From a virus, in IMG/VR virus record IMGVR_UViG_3300020045_011333, positions 96,001 to 160,000 of that record: a DNA stretch of 64,000 nt. One strand, given 5' to 3'. This document shows positions 36,475 to 45,809 of the stretch, in pieces. Each line of letters starts with the position of its first letter. Positions within the stretch are counted from its first letter, which is position 1. A model generated the notes under the pieces. That model did no database searches. It saw only the letters and a list, made by a program, of their open reading frames with translations, and was not told where the DNA came from. The translations under genes and the position numbers were made by a program.

Positions 36475-37091
36475 AGATCGTCCAGTTCTATATTTGTATC
36501 GTATAATGCAAACTCATTGATAACTTTATCAATTTCAAAACCATCTTCAGTCAATAGTTTTTTAATTCTATTAACATTCTTTTCATATTTTTCTAAATTT
36601 TCATAAGTTCTGTAGGTTAGCATTTGTACTAAGTAATTATCTCGTTTAAGTTTATTACGAGAATAATGTAAGCCGAGATTTGCAGACCATAGTTTCAGTC
36701 TTTCACTATTATATGGAAATTTAATAGCAAAGTGAGTTTCAAAATACTGATCATTATTTCTATTTAAAGCTTTGGGGTGCCACGGAACGGTCTCAATTTT
36801 TATTCTGGTAACGATATAACCTTTTGATTTGAATAAGTCAGCCTGATTCAAGGCTGTTGCGTATATCATGTCATCTGATCCGCCTTTGATAGATGAACTT
36901 GTCATGGAATGAGGAGGAATATTATCACCCATATCAATGATTATAGGCTTTAGCCCTAGTTCGTAGCAATCTGTAACAAAATTATCACTATATTCTACCG
37001 TGATGTGGATTTCATAGTAAAGCTCTTTCTGCCCCTCAACAAAGGGGCAGGTTTCGCAGAGTTGGCAATCTATCATGGCTTTGGCGGACAT
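36429..37091 (-). CDS. Conserved hypothetical protein
   Basis: YEIHITV, RIKIETVPWH and YFETHF motifs suggest an internal duplication. Confidence 0.6.
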   Translation of the reverse strand: MSAKAMIDCQLCETCPFVEGQKELYYEIHITVEYSDNFVTDCYELGLKPIIIDMGDNIPPHSMTSSSIKGGSDDMIYATALNQADLFKSKGYIVTRIKIETVPWHPKALNRNNDQYFETHFAIKFPYNSERLKLWSANLGLHYSRNKLKRDNYLVQMLTYRTYENLEKYEKNVNRIKKLLTEDGFEIDKVINEFALYDTNIELDDLWLKSTYQSQSLKAS

Positions 37092-37303
37092 GTTTCATTA
37101 GGGGCTGATATAAAATAATAAGAAGAACCACTAATTAAAGAGTTATCACACAGTTTAGCAACCATGACATTACCATTATAACCAACTATTTGACCCACAA
37201 CCGTCCCATTCTTTTCTGAATGAATATAGGCCATACTTCCTACTTCGGGAGCGCAACTAGATAAAATCACAGTAACTATAGATAGTAAGAATATTTTCTT
37301 CAC
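37073..37303 (-). CDS. Lipoprotein
   Basis: GTG start overlapping the ligase stop; MKKIFLLSIVTVILSSC lipobox. Confidence 0.7.
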   Translation of the reverse strand: MKKIFLLSIVTVILSSCAPEVGSMAYIHSEKNGTVVGQIVGYNGNVMVAKLCDNSLISGSSYYFISAPNETCPPKP

Positions 37304-38478
37304 CAGACACAATCCTTTAACAGAGTAGTACGTAACTTTTCGAACTTTTGATCTACATCGCAAGCATCTTTGAGGCGCTTCATCAGTTCTTCATAAACCG
37401 TTTCCACTGGAAAACCTTTATCCCAAAGGCTAAAGATGATTTGCTTAACCAGAACGTCAGCTTTTGAGTTTAGAGCGAAATCTTTACGTGACATATTTTT
37501 TTCAACAATTTTTGAAATCAAAGCTTTGATAGCAATAGAAAGATAGGTAACATTTCTATTTAGAGTAGATTCATAAGCTTCAGCTTTAGTCAAATCATCA
37601 GCTAGCATAAAAGGCTTGAGGTCGTCTAATTGTCCATCCAGAAGAACAGCAACAAGATTACGCTCTTTTTGAATCTTATCTTTCGTGCGATGAAGATTAA
37701 TATAAGCCGTGGTCTTAATTTTAAGCATATGTCCGTCATGAAAGCGAAGAACTTCACCCTCAGTCAATTCTTCTTTTTTAGAATTGTATATTGAGTCGGA
37801 GTACGAGTGCATGTCCCCGATAGGGGTTTTATCAATGGAAACTACTTCAATATCAAAAATATCTCTGACAGTTTGAATCATATCTTCATATGACCAATAT
37901 TTACCGCTGTAATTTTCTCTCACCGCCGTTAGTACAAGTTTATCAATAGGATGATCTACGACGATTCTATTCTTACGGCTGCACCACTCAAAAATAGGAG
38001 TAAGATTTTCAATACGACATTCTTTTAGAAAATTATTGATGCCTTCATGATTATGTTCTGCCAACCAAGTTTCAGTTTGCATAGAAGTGTCAGTTACACC
38101 CATTTTAGTGGCCCAACGAAATCCTCCACCCAAAAACATAGGATGAACCATAGAGCCGTCAAGTTTCTCTAATCGATCATAACCCTTTGTAATATCTACA
38201 TTTATAGCTAGAGTTTCCTCACGTTCACCGAAATTCATGAACTTATGATAAGGTCTGGAAATTAGTTCGCCAGAAGCATTATCAAACTTAATGCCGCGAA
38301 GTTCGCGGCGAATAGCCGTGTTGACATCCGTTACGGGAGGGAAGGTTTTGTTGCACGGAAGTTTGTAGTTTATGACGGTATAGCCATCTTTTTCTACGAT
38401 ATAAAATAAATCCTCATCGCCCTTGATAGCCTCAAGAACTTGAGAGATATGTACGATCCTAGGAAATTCATAATTCAT
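37300..38478 (-). CDS. RNA ligase, T4 Rnl1 family
   Basis: ELRGIKFD, SRPYHKFMN, EKLDGS, EGEVL and LKIKT..Y. Confidence 0.9.
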   Translation of the reverse strand: MNYEFPRIVHISQVLEAIKGDEDLFYIVEKDGYTVINYKLPCNKTFPPVTDVNTAIRRELRGIKFDNASGELISRPYHKFMNFGEREETLAINVDITKGYDRLEKLDGSMVHPMFLGGGFRWATKMGVTDTSMQTETWLAEHNHEGINNFLKECRIENLTPIFEWCSRKNRIVVDHPIDKLVLTAVRENYSGKYWSYEDMIQTVRDIFDIEVVSIDKTPIGDMHSYSDSIYNSKKEELTEGEVLRFHDGHMLKIKTTAYINLHRTKDKIQKERNLVAVLLDGQLDDLKPFMLADDLTKAEAYESTLNRNVTYLSIAIKALISKIVEKNMSRKDFALNSKADVLVKQIIFSLWDKGFPVETVYEELMKRLKDACDVDQKFEKLRTTLLKDCVW

Positions 38479-38516
38479 AATATTAACCTTTCTTTAAACT
38501 AGGATTGATACAAATA

Positions 38517-38855
38517 TTAAAGCCAATAAACTGCTTTTCGACTGCCTAAAAGGGCCTTAGCCACAGATGAAAGTTCACGGCGCTTAGTATCAAGACGGTA
38601 GTCGCCAATCTCCTTAACATCTCGAATGGATTCACTGATCCGATTATAGATTGTTTTCCAATTCTGAACCCAAACGGTATCGGTATATTCATCCCTTTCA
38701 TCGGGTACAAGTGAAATAAACTCAATCGCTCGTAGACGAAGTTGATCCATAGCAGTTGTGCCATTCTTTTCAGCACGAGGAATTTGCAGACGAACTAGAG
38801 CGGCTACATTTTCAATGTGGGAGTTCTTATTTACGTAATAAATTTCAGGCTTCAT
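38517..38855 (-). CDS. Hypothetical protein
   Basis: Packed ORF. Confidence 0.55.
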   Translation of the reverse strand: MKPEIYYVNKNSHIENVAALVRLQIPRAEKNGTTAMDQLRLRAIEFISLVPDERDEYTDTVWVQNWKTIYNRISESIRDVKEIGDYRLDTKRRELSSVAKALLGSRKAVYWL

Positions 38856-38884
38856 TTCAATTTCCTTTTAATGATTTAACTATT

Positions 38885-39418
38885 CTATCTTCCGTGGAAC
38901 TTACAATGTTCGTTCTTGTTTATATCAAATCGGTAAAAAGAGCAATCATCTTTTCCCGACATTTTCGTGTTTTCAATCCAAGACAATCTACCAATAGCAA
39001 CAATGTCTGTACAAAACTCTCTCACATAACGTGATGACTGATAAGTATTCGCCCAATTTGAGTCAAACAGTAACCAAGTTGGACGAAGATTGCAAAACCT
39101 TTCTATCATTGGATGAAGAATTTTACGCCCCCAAGGCGGATTTGTTATGATCACATCAGCATCCATAACATCATGTTCTGCTAAAGTCAAGGCATTTAAT
39201 TGAACAATCCTGTGATTCTGAGGTTCAATGTCGTATTCCGCGACACAAACTAAACTCATAACATCAATTAATTGATCTGTGAGGATGCCATCCCCGGCAC
39301 AAGATTCTACAAATTTCGTCCCCGGTTCAATGAAAGGTTTTAATGCCTGTACCGCTCTGGGATCGAATGTTCTATAATAGTCTCTTGGTATTCTTTCAAA
39401 ATCGCTACGAAGGCCCAT
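38885..39418 (-). CDS. Small amino (N6-A/N4-C) DNA methyltransferase
   Basis: ESCAGDG SAM-binding motif and ITNPPW catalytic motif. Confidence 0.8.
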   Translation of the reverse strand: MGLRSDFERIPRDYYRTFDPRAVQALKPFIEPGTKFVESCAGDGILTDQLIDVMSLVCVAEYDIEPQNHRIVQLNALTLAEHDVMDADVIITNPPWGRKILHPMIERFCNLRPTWLLFDSNWANTYQSSRYVREFCTDIVAIGRLSWIENTKMSGKDDCSFYRFDINKNEHCKFHGR

Positions 39419-39420
39419 GT

Positions 39421-39624
39421 TTAATTTTCTATTTCTTTAAATTTAATTTGCGCCATAATTGAATTAGGTGCATTTAGGATTTCTATTACTTTATTAAAGT
39501 GCTCATCTGCTTTAATGCTATCCACGATAAACCTAAAGCTAATTAAAGGTCTATGGATTATTTTTAAGGGATTACCGACAAGACCCGAATATTTAGAAAT
39601 AAATTTAGTTAATTCTCTTGCCAT
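39421..39624 (-). CDS. Hypothetical protein
   Basis: Packed ORF. Confidence 0.5.
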   Translation of the reverse strand: MARELTKFISKYSGLVGNPLKIIHRPLISFRFIVDSIKADEHFNKVIEILNAPNSIMAQIKFKEIEN

Positions 39625-39775
39625 TATAGTAGACTACCTTAGGTAAATATCTGTATTTATAAGAAGTGTATTCATTTACGTACCACGTAAATCGATAAAT
39701 ATTTTCATTCTGGAAATGTTCTCGTAACTCTTGTTTGAAACAATAACGATTAAATTCAAATTCTTCCTCATCCAT
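39605..39775 (-). CDS. Small hypothetical protein (56 aa, not in ORF track)
   Basis: GGAG RBS, then MDEEEFEFNRYCFKQ... Confidence 0.55.
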   Translation of the reverse strand: MDEEEFEFNRYCFKQELREHFQNENIYRFTWYVNEYTSYKYRYLPKVVYYNGKRIN

Positions 39776-39786
39776 TACTTTCTCCT

Positions 39787-40221
39787 TTATAATAACTTAT
39801 TGATACTTATTATATCTTCAATAACTTTTTCAGAAAGAATAAAGTCTTCATGATCCGCGTTATAATTGCCAATCCATATTTCCAAAGCCCTTATTAATTT
39901 TTCTTCACTGAATTTAGGTTTCCATAATTTAGCATAAGTCAAAACTTTAGGATTTTCTGTCCTAGGACAGAGGACGGCACAAGTTTTCTTTCCTCCAAGA
40001 GTTGTATTCTCATGGCCTAGATGAACTTTATCTAATGCAGCAATTTTATCAAATTCTTTTTGATTAACACGAACGACGCATTTTTTGAATGAATTAGCGA
40101 ACCATTCTTGATAGTCAGGATCATCTTGAAACTTAACATGAGCGTTTAAAATAGAATGGCAAACTAAAGTCAAACTCATGTAGTCTGGAAATTCATCTAA
40201 AACTGCGATATACATTTTCAT
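39787..40221 (-). CDS. Peptidyl-tRNA hydrolase type 2-like protein
   Basis: MKMYIAV..LVCHS..EWFANSFKKCVVRV..CPR resembles bacterial/phage Pth2-like proteins. Confidence 0.6.
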   Translation of the reverse strand: MKMYIAVLDEFPDYMSLTLVCHSILNAHVKFQDDPDYQEWFANSFKKCVVRVNQKEFDKIAALDKVHLGHENTTLGGKKTCAVLCPRTENPKVLTYAKLWKPKFSEEKLIRALEIWIGNYNADHEDFILSEKVIEDIISINKLL

Positions 40222-40222
40222 T

Positions 40223-41038
40223 TTAATGGCCTTTTAATTTTTTATGAGGAAATTTATTTCCATTAGGAAAAATAAGGAATTCTCCGTCATAAGTAACACC
40301 TTCTTTACTAAAATGTTTAATAATACGATTATACCAAAACGGCATATATTTTCTAATTTCATCCAAATTTAGATTATTTTTAACAGTATTAATTTTATTT
40401 ATTGTTATAACGACATTCCCTTTTATGTAGCCTAAATCAGGTATAATTTTATCAATTGATGGACTATCGGTTCTAACTCCATCACTCTGCCAATCTAAAG
40501 AATTATCAGAATAAAAACATTTATAATTCTGTTTTTCAAATAGATAAATAACATAATTTTTGTCAATTTCAAAATCTACTAATTTTTTGCTACTTCTACT
40601 TTGCATCGTAGTTAATTTTTTATTTAAATAAAAATTTATATTACTTTTATTTCTTTTTCTTATTTTAGTAGCCATACAAACACTACAAAATGATTGCCGA
40701 TACCTCTTATTTTTATCTACGAATGGAAATAAAGAAATGTCCTTAATTCTTTCACAAATAGAACACTTTATTTCTGTGTCGTTTATCAAATTAATTTTAG
40801 TTCTTGTTCCTCCATTATGTTTAAGCCCTAACGCTGATATTCTACCTGCAATCGCTCTTATATTAAAATTTAATTTTTCAGCTATTTCTTTATTATTTAA
40901 GCCCTCTGCATGTAGAGTTATAATTTCCTCTTCAAAATCTTTTGTGGGTTTAATAGGTTTAAAATTATCAAGCTTACTAATTTTAAAAATCTCCCGGCGC
41001 GACTTGAAAACAAGGTACGCCTCTATCACGCCATGCAA
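40223..41038 (-). mobile_element. HNH-type homing endonuclease-like protein with HTH and CxxC motifs
   Basis: HTH (GLNNKEIAEKL), CSIC..CSVC, SPSIDKIIPDLGYIKGNV..IN. Confidence 0.65.
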
Positions 41039-41453
41039 CTACAACCTGATCTCTATCATCAAATGCAAAGCTAGGGTTGTAACCCGCTTCTAAAATTTTA
41101 TCTAAAAGTTCCATCTTAACAATATTATCGGCTCGATAATCACCTTTAGCCCTCATAAACAGAACGTGGTACTTAACGCCATGTTTTACTAGCCATTCTT
41201 CAGTTACTCCGCGTGATTGTTCACCACGTCCAGAGCAGAGAACGATGCGCCATCCAGCGTCATACAAAGCGTTCACCACATCAATTACGTGTTGATGAGG
41301 GAGGTCATGCGGAATACCACGCTCGAATGCTGCGTAATTTTTTGGTTTAGAATTAATATAAACTCTTCGGTGTTGCAGATCAGCAATTGTTCCGTCGATA
41401 TCTACGATAATATCACGCATCCGAAAAACTCCCATACCTAAAGAAATAGTCAA
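40983..41453 (-). CDS. Polynucleotide 3'-phosphatase (HAD; PseT C-terminal domain)
   Basis: VDIDGT, CSGR, FDDRDQVV..WR..G..CFQVAPGDF. Confidence 0.9.
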   Translation of the reverse strand: MTISLGMGVFRMRDIIVDIDGTIADLQHRRVYINSKPKNYAAFERGIPHDLPHQHVIDVVNALYDAGWRIVLCSGRGEQSRGVTEEWLVKHGVKYHVLFMRAKGDYRADNIVKMELLDKILEAGYNPSFAFDDRDQVVVAWRDRGVPCFQVAPGDF

Positions 41454-41661
41454 TTAATTTATCACTAATATTATCTACGTCTTTCTGAGTGCAATCTTCT
41501 CTAGCGAGGAAGCTGTTGGAATAATCGGCAATTTCTTGAGTAGAAATTGGGCCGTGCCAAAGAACTAATGTAGGAAGAGCTTTGCCATAACCATAATCAT
41601 CGGCAGGAGCTATGGCGCTCAACAGATCAAACTTACTAATTGTTACTACTTCTTTAGTCAT
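41413..41661 (-). CDS. Hypothetical protein
   Basis: Packed ORF. Confidence 0.55.
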   Translation of the reverse strand: MTKEVVTISKFDLLSAIAPADDYGYGKALPTLVLWHGPISTQEIADYSNSFLAREDCTQKDVDNISDKLIDYFFRYGSFSDA

Positions 41662-41894
41662 TAAACATCCTCAAATAAAATTCCTACACCTTCACCGAGC
41701 TTTGGTCCCGGTAACTTCATGAATGTTTCCATTCCTTGTATTTTTTTAAGCATTCCATCTACTATCAAAATTCTGCCAATAGGAGATATGTTGCGATCTA
41801 CCAAATCACTGAAAGGGCAAGGCCCTGAATAAATTGTTCCGCGCCTTGCTATTTCAAATTTTTCATGGTAAATAAATATAGGAATGTTTGTCAT
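41661..41894 (-). CDS. Hypothetical protein
   Basis: Packed ORF. Confidence 0.55.
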   Translation of the reverse strand: MTNIPIFIYHEKFEIARRGTIYSGPCPFSDLVDRNISPIGRILIVDGMLKKIQGMETFMKLPGPKLGEGVGILFEDV

Positions 41895-42469
41895 AGTGAA
41901 GCCATCATAGCCCTTACGCCCTCACTAGGCTCAATATAGCGTTCCGTAGTACTTAGGTTCGAATGTCCAGCAATTAACTGAACGTCTCTCAATGAGGCGT
42001 TATGGAGATTTGCAACACGAGCCATTGTCGTAATGGCGGTACGCCTTCCACTATGGCTAGAACAACCAGTTAAACCCACCTTGTCTTTATAGAAGCGCTT
42101 GAACCAAACCGTCATGGCATTTGCTGTCATAGTAGGTTTGTAATCTCCGTATCTAATATACTCATCATTAGGCCGCTCTTTTCGAAGCTTAATCAGCATT
42201 GCTTTAAGTTCAGGATGCATTGGAATTTCTCTGGCACGGCCATTCTTTGAAATATGATCTCCTATATGAATCATATCATCAATTTGGCCATTAGCCTTAA
42301 TAACATCATCCCAACGAAGTCCAGCAATTTCACTAGCACGAAGTCCAGCTTTAATACTAAATAAAACAGCAGTTTTATCACGAGTCTTTTGATTAGACTC
42401 GGATTCTATGGCTTTAAAAATTCTTCGCAGATCATCTGCCTCAATAATTTTAGCTCGTTTTACTGCCAT
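41891..42469 (-). CDS. Tyrosine recombinase, catalytic domain only
   Basis: GLRASEI, SKNG, HSGRRT and AGHSNLSTTERY give the full R-K-H-R-H-Y set in 192 aa. Confidence 0.9.
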   Translation of the reverse strand: MAVKRAKIIEADDLRRIFKAIESESNQKTRDKTAVLFSIKAGLRASEIAGLRWDDVIKANGQIDDMIHIGDHISKNGRAREIPMHPELKAMLIKLRKERPNDEYIRYGDYKPTMTANAMTVWFKRFYKDKVGLTGCSSHSGRRTAITTMARVANLHNASLRDVQLIAGHSNLSTTERYIEPSEGVRAMMASL

Positions 42470-42702
42470 TTCTCACCTACTCCTTTAGTACCAACACTTT
42501 CTCTAATGCTGATAAACTCTGGAAGTTCCTTAGCAGAAGCTAAATATATCACATTTGAAAGTCCGTCAATAGCGTTTAAAGACGAAATAGACGAAACATG
42601 GAAAAATTCATGTACACCATCTTTGTGCCTAAATAAAGTGAGAGCAGCAAATTCTTCTTCACTCAGGCAAATTACAGCAGTTTTTTTAATTAATTGATCC
42701 AT
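42460..42702 (-). CDS. Hypothetical protein
   Basis: Packed ORF. Confidence 0.55.
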   Translation of the reverse strand: MDQLIKKTAVICLSEEEFAALTLFRHKDGVHEFFHVSSISSLNAIDGLSNVIYLASAKELPEFISIRESVGTKGVGEKWQ

Positions 42703-43031
42703 AAGTGTTCATTCTTTCCAGTTGCTTTATCAAATAACTTATTTCCGATATAATCGAGATACAACCAAGTTGTAAAAGCTTCGTCGTGAACTTCCATATC
42801 AAAAAGCGCAGTTATTAAAGCTCTTTGAATTACGGAAAGGTGATATACCGCGTTGCATTCTTTAACATCACCTTTATCATAAACTTCCTGATAAGGCAAG
42901 GTCTGTAGAAAATTTATTTTTCCAGCAACTTCGTCACCATAAAATTCCTTAACAATCTCCCAATTTCCAGAGCAATGGTAAGTCAGGATATGACTCAGAG
43001 CGTCTTGTATTTGTTCTTCTGCCATCATCAT
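42690..43031 (-). CDS. Hypothetical protein
   Basis: Packed ORF. Confidence 0.55.
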   Translation of the reverse strand: MMMAEEQIQDALSHILTYHCSGNWEIVKEFYGDEVAGKINFLQTLPYQEVYDKGDVKECNAVYHLSVIQRALITALFDMEVHDEAFTTWLYLDYIGNKLFDKATGKNEHLWIN

Positions 43032-43049
43032 TTAATAATATAACTTTCT

Positions 43050-43358
43050 TTAGGCTGAAAATACTGTGTAGGTTATTTTATCGACTCGAAATTCTTTAAG
43101 AGTACGAAGATTAATTGACTTCCACTTGCGATCTTCACCACCATCCATTTCAACCACAGTAATGATACTGCCACGCTTGACTCGCTTCTTAGCGTCATTC
43201 TTAGCATTTTCGGGGTTGTTTTTTACCTGAGTAGCAACGTTGCGACGAAACGTCATGTGACGAATTTCACCATCTTCCTTGACAAACGTTGCTGACATGA
43301 TCTTGCCACCAGCAAGAATGAGCTTACGAAGGGCGGTACGATACGAAACTTCAACCAT
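43050..43358 (-). CDS. Small SH3/Sm-like (WYL-like) beta-barrel protein
   Basis: FVKEDGEIR..WKSINL pattern; strong AAGGAG RBS. Confidence 0.55.
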   Translation of the reverse strand: MVEVSYRTALRKLILAGGKIMSATFVKEDGEIRHMTFRRNVATQVKNNPENAKNDAKKRVKRGSIITVVEMDGGEDRKWKSINLRTLKEFRVDKITYTVFSA

Positions 43359-43410
43359 GATTATCTCCTTTAATCAGTTGTATGATCTTCTGATTATGAA
43401 GATAGCTAAT

Positions 43411-43887
43411 TTAAAGATATTCGTCAATAGGGAATTTTGAGTTTTTTAAATTATATACTGGAATATCGTGTTCCATGGCACACACTATCGCGGTTCGACT
43501 TCCGCCTGAAGGTTTTCCATCCGGGGTCCAACATATTAGAAACTTTGAAGGTGTTTTAAGATCCCGTCCTAGAACTTGACAAATGTTTCTGGTATGGAGT
43601 TTCTTTCCTCCGTCTGTCAAGCTTTCCCAATAAGGATGTATGGCTTGAGCCATGTCACGAGCTTTAAACTTATTACCTACAACTATACCATCTCTCTTAT
43701 TAAAACCTTGCCAAGGTAAGTAAATCTCTTTCAGATCGCCAGCACCTTCTTCAAACGCTGTGTCTGCGCCATCTGCACCACCACTTCTAAGAGTGAAACC
43801 ATTCTGAAATAAAATCATAGCAATGACTCTCATCTCGGCCATAACTTCTAACGGCGACTGTCTTGAACCAATGCCGGAATAAAACAT
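43411..43887 (-). CDS. SLOG-superfamily (DprA/Smf-like) protein
   Basis: YSGIGSR, LRSGGADGADTAFE and SGGSRTA. Confidence 0.75.
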   Translation of the reverse strand: MFYSGIGSRQSPLEVMAEMRVIAMILFQNGFTLRSGGADGADTAFEEGAGDLKEIYLPWQGFNKRDGIVVGNKFKARDMAQAIHPYWESLTDGGKKLHTRNICQVLGRDLKTPSKFLICWTPDGKPSGGSRTAIVCAMEHDIPVYNLKNSKFPIDEYL

Positions 43888-44228
43888 CCACCATTCCTCT
43901 TCTCTAATTCAATATATTTTTCTACAAATATTTTTAAAAATTTAGCAAAAGCTTCTTCATCACAGTCAACGGCATAACCTGCGCCACGTTCTGAAGGTTC
44001 GTAAATATTGGCTTCGGTTATTACGTCATTAATATTTTCAATCGTTTCAGCAATCAAGTCTTCGTGATCGGCTTTATATTGCCAGCCACGAAGTGCATCA
44101 GTATAATTTTCCCAACTTTCTACACCACTTTTTTCTAGTGCCTCAAGTTTGGCTATCTTTCTCTTCATATCCGCGTAGGCCCATGGATAAATTTTAATTT
44201 GTTCAGACATTAATAATTCCTCATGCAA
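43848..44228 (-). CDS. Hypothetical protein
   Basis: LEALEKSGVESWENY phage motif. Confidence 0.6.
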   Translation of the reverse strand: MHEELLMSEQIKIYPWAYADMKRKIAKLEALEKSGVESWENYTDALRGWQYKADHEDLIAETIENINDVITEANIYEPSERGAGYAVDCDEEAFAKFLKIFVEKYIELEKRNGGCFIPALVQDSRR

Positions 44229-44499
44229 ACCAAGTAATTAATTTTTTATATTCAAATCCTGCATTGATCATATCGGTGTGAACTTGATCCACCGTCTTTT
44301 CAGGATTCCAATCCGCTCCCCACTCATTTTCCATCTGATTCGTTAAATACTCAGGAAGTCCTTCTACCTCATCAAAACTATCATTTTCATCTTCTTTAGC
44401 CAAAATAAAAACTGTCACAAAGGCATTCTCGCCTTCTGCTTCAGGATCAATGGCTGCATCAAAATAAAGTTCATGTGGCTCATAACGACCATGTTTCAT
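44221..44499 (-). CDS. Hypothetical acidic protein
   Basis: Packed ORF. Confidence 0.6.
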   Translation of the reverse strand: MKHGRYEPHELYFDAAIDPEAEGENAFVTVFILAKEDENDSFDEVEGLPEYLTNQMENEWGADWNPEKTVDQVHTDMINAGFEYKKLITWFA

Positions 44500-44500
44500 A

Positions 44501-45649
44501 TTAATAATCCCTCTTACCTTCGTGGAACGCTTTTACCACACCAAATCTCAATTTCTTGTCTTTGGTGAAACCTTGATATTTAATAGTGACTTCGCCACCA
44601 ATAAATTCTTTTTTACGTTCAAGGATGTTCACGTTTCGTTCATACGTACCAGCAACGCCAGCTTCTGATGTAGTCCCATCAGCTAGCCTAACAATTACAG
44701 CTTTGGCCGCACCGCTCCAATTGCCTTGACCTTCGATGATATCAACAAGCTCAAACTCACCTTCGTCAAAGTTTTTATACTTTAAAAGTCCTTTGGTACG
44801 TTTAAACGCATAAACAGAATCTGGATCACGTAGCATAAGGCCTTCATAACCCTGAATAAAGAAATTATCGTGCGCCGCTGATACTTGCATCATATCAAGA
44901 TTATCAATTAGTACAGTCTTACACAGTTGTACCACATCCCCAACATCGCCCAAATCTTCGACAAAAATTTTACGAAGATACTCTAGACGTTCTTCGTAAG
45001 TCTTATCCAAATCATCCCAAAAGATAATATCATAGATGTGAAATTGAACTTTATCTCTAATTTCTTGTAATTCTTCTCCTGTCAGGGAGGCTAGTTTTTG
45101 CTTTTTAATCAACGAAACAATCTTTTCGAAGTCTTCCTTATAGCCGTGATTATAAAGTTCGCCATCAAATGTAACGTTGTATTTAAGAGATGCTTCTTGA
45201 AGAAGATTCACGATATGTTCTACTGTATAAAATGGCTTACCGGCACGAGATGTACCGCCATTATCGTCAATCACACAGCGAACCCCATCGAACTTGGGCT
45301 GTAGATACCAACGCTTCTTAGTCTTTAACGTCTTTGTCTCATGAAACTTATCAGCTAACATAGGCTGAACAAAGTTACTTTTTGCTGCGGTTTCCGGTGA
45401 ATAACTGTATTTACGATCCAGTTTCTTTTGATAAATCGCTTCTACTTCAGCGTCGGCTTGGCTTTCATCTGTAGTAGCATTTGTTTTACCTACATTTTTA
45501 GCATTAGCTTGTTTCCAGTCAGAAACAACAATTTTGCCTCCTTGAATACCGGAATGAGTTCGATACATCGATCCATCTCGTTCCATAAACCAAGTTCTTA
45601 AGTTATCATTGTTGTCGCGATGATAAAGAGTTTTGTAAATTACTGTCAT
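44501..45649 (-). CDS. ATP-dependent DNA ligase
   Basis: QPKFDGVRC, FDGELY, IYD, EGLMLR, LLKYK and LRFG. Confidence 0.92.
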   Translation of the reverse strand: MTVIYKTLYHRDNNDNLRTWFMERDGSMYRTHSGIQGGKIVVSDWKQANAKNVGKTNATTDESQADAEVEAIYQKKLDRKYSYSPETAAKSNFVQPMLADKFHETKTLKTKKRWYLQPKFDGVRCVIDDNGGTSRAGKPFYTVEHIVNLLQEASLKYNVTFDGELYNHGYKEDFEKIVSLIKKQKLASLTGEELQEIRDKVQFHIYDIIFWDDLDKTYEERLEYLRKIFVEDLGDVGDVVQLCKTVLIDNLDMMQVSAAHDNFFIQGYEGLMLRDPDSVYAFKRTKGLLKYKNFDEGEFELVDIIEGQGNWSGAAKAVIVRLADGTTSEAGVAGTYERNVNILERKKEFIGGEVTIKYQGFTKDKKLRFGVVKAFHEGKRDY

Positions 45650-45809
45650 TTATTATTTCTTTTAATTTTCTTGAGTAATACAGGGCGTTGTGTTCATTTA
45701 TTGGATGGGGAGGGTAAATAGTTGGCCCTCCCCAAGTCCTAGCTTCTTCACGTTCCTTAACGTAATTCTCTAACAGAGTTTGAAGCTCCTCTAAAATTTC
45801 TAATGACAT
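45606..45809 (-). CDS. Hypothetical protein
   Basis: Packed ORF. Confidence 0.5.
   Translation of the reverse strand: MSLEILEELQTLLENYVKEREEARTWGGPTIYPPHPINEHNALYYSRKLKEIINDSNLQNSLSSRQQ

Noticed and set aside
41891-42469. Integrase implying a prophage or temperate lifestyle
   Set aside because: Lacks N-terminal DNA-binding domains; no repressor, att-like region or host genes in the window.
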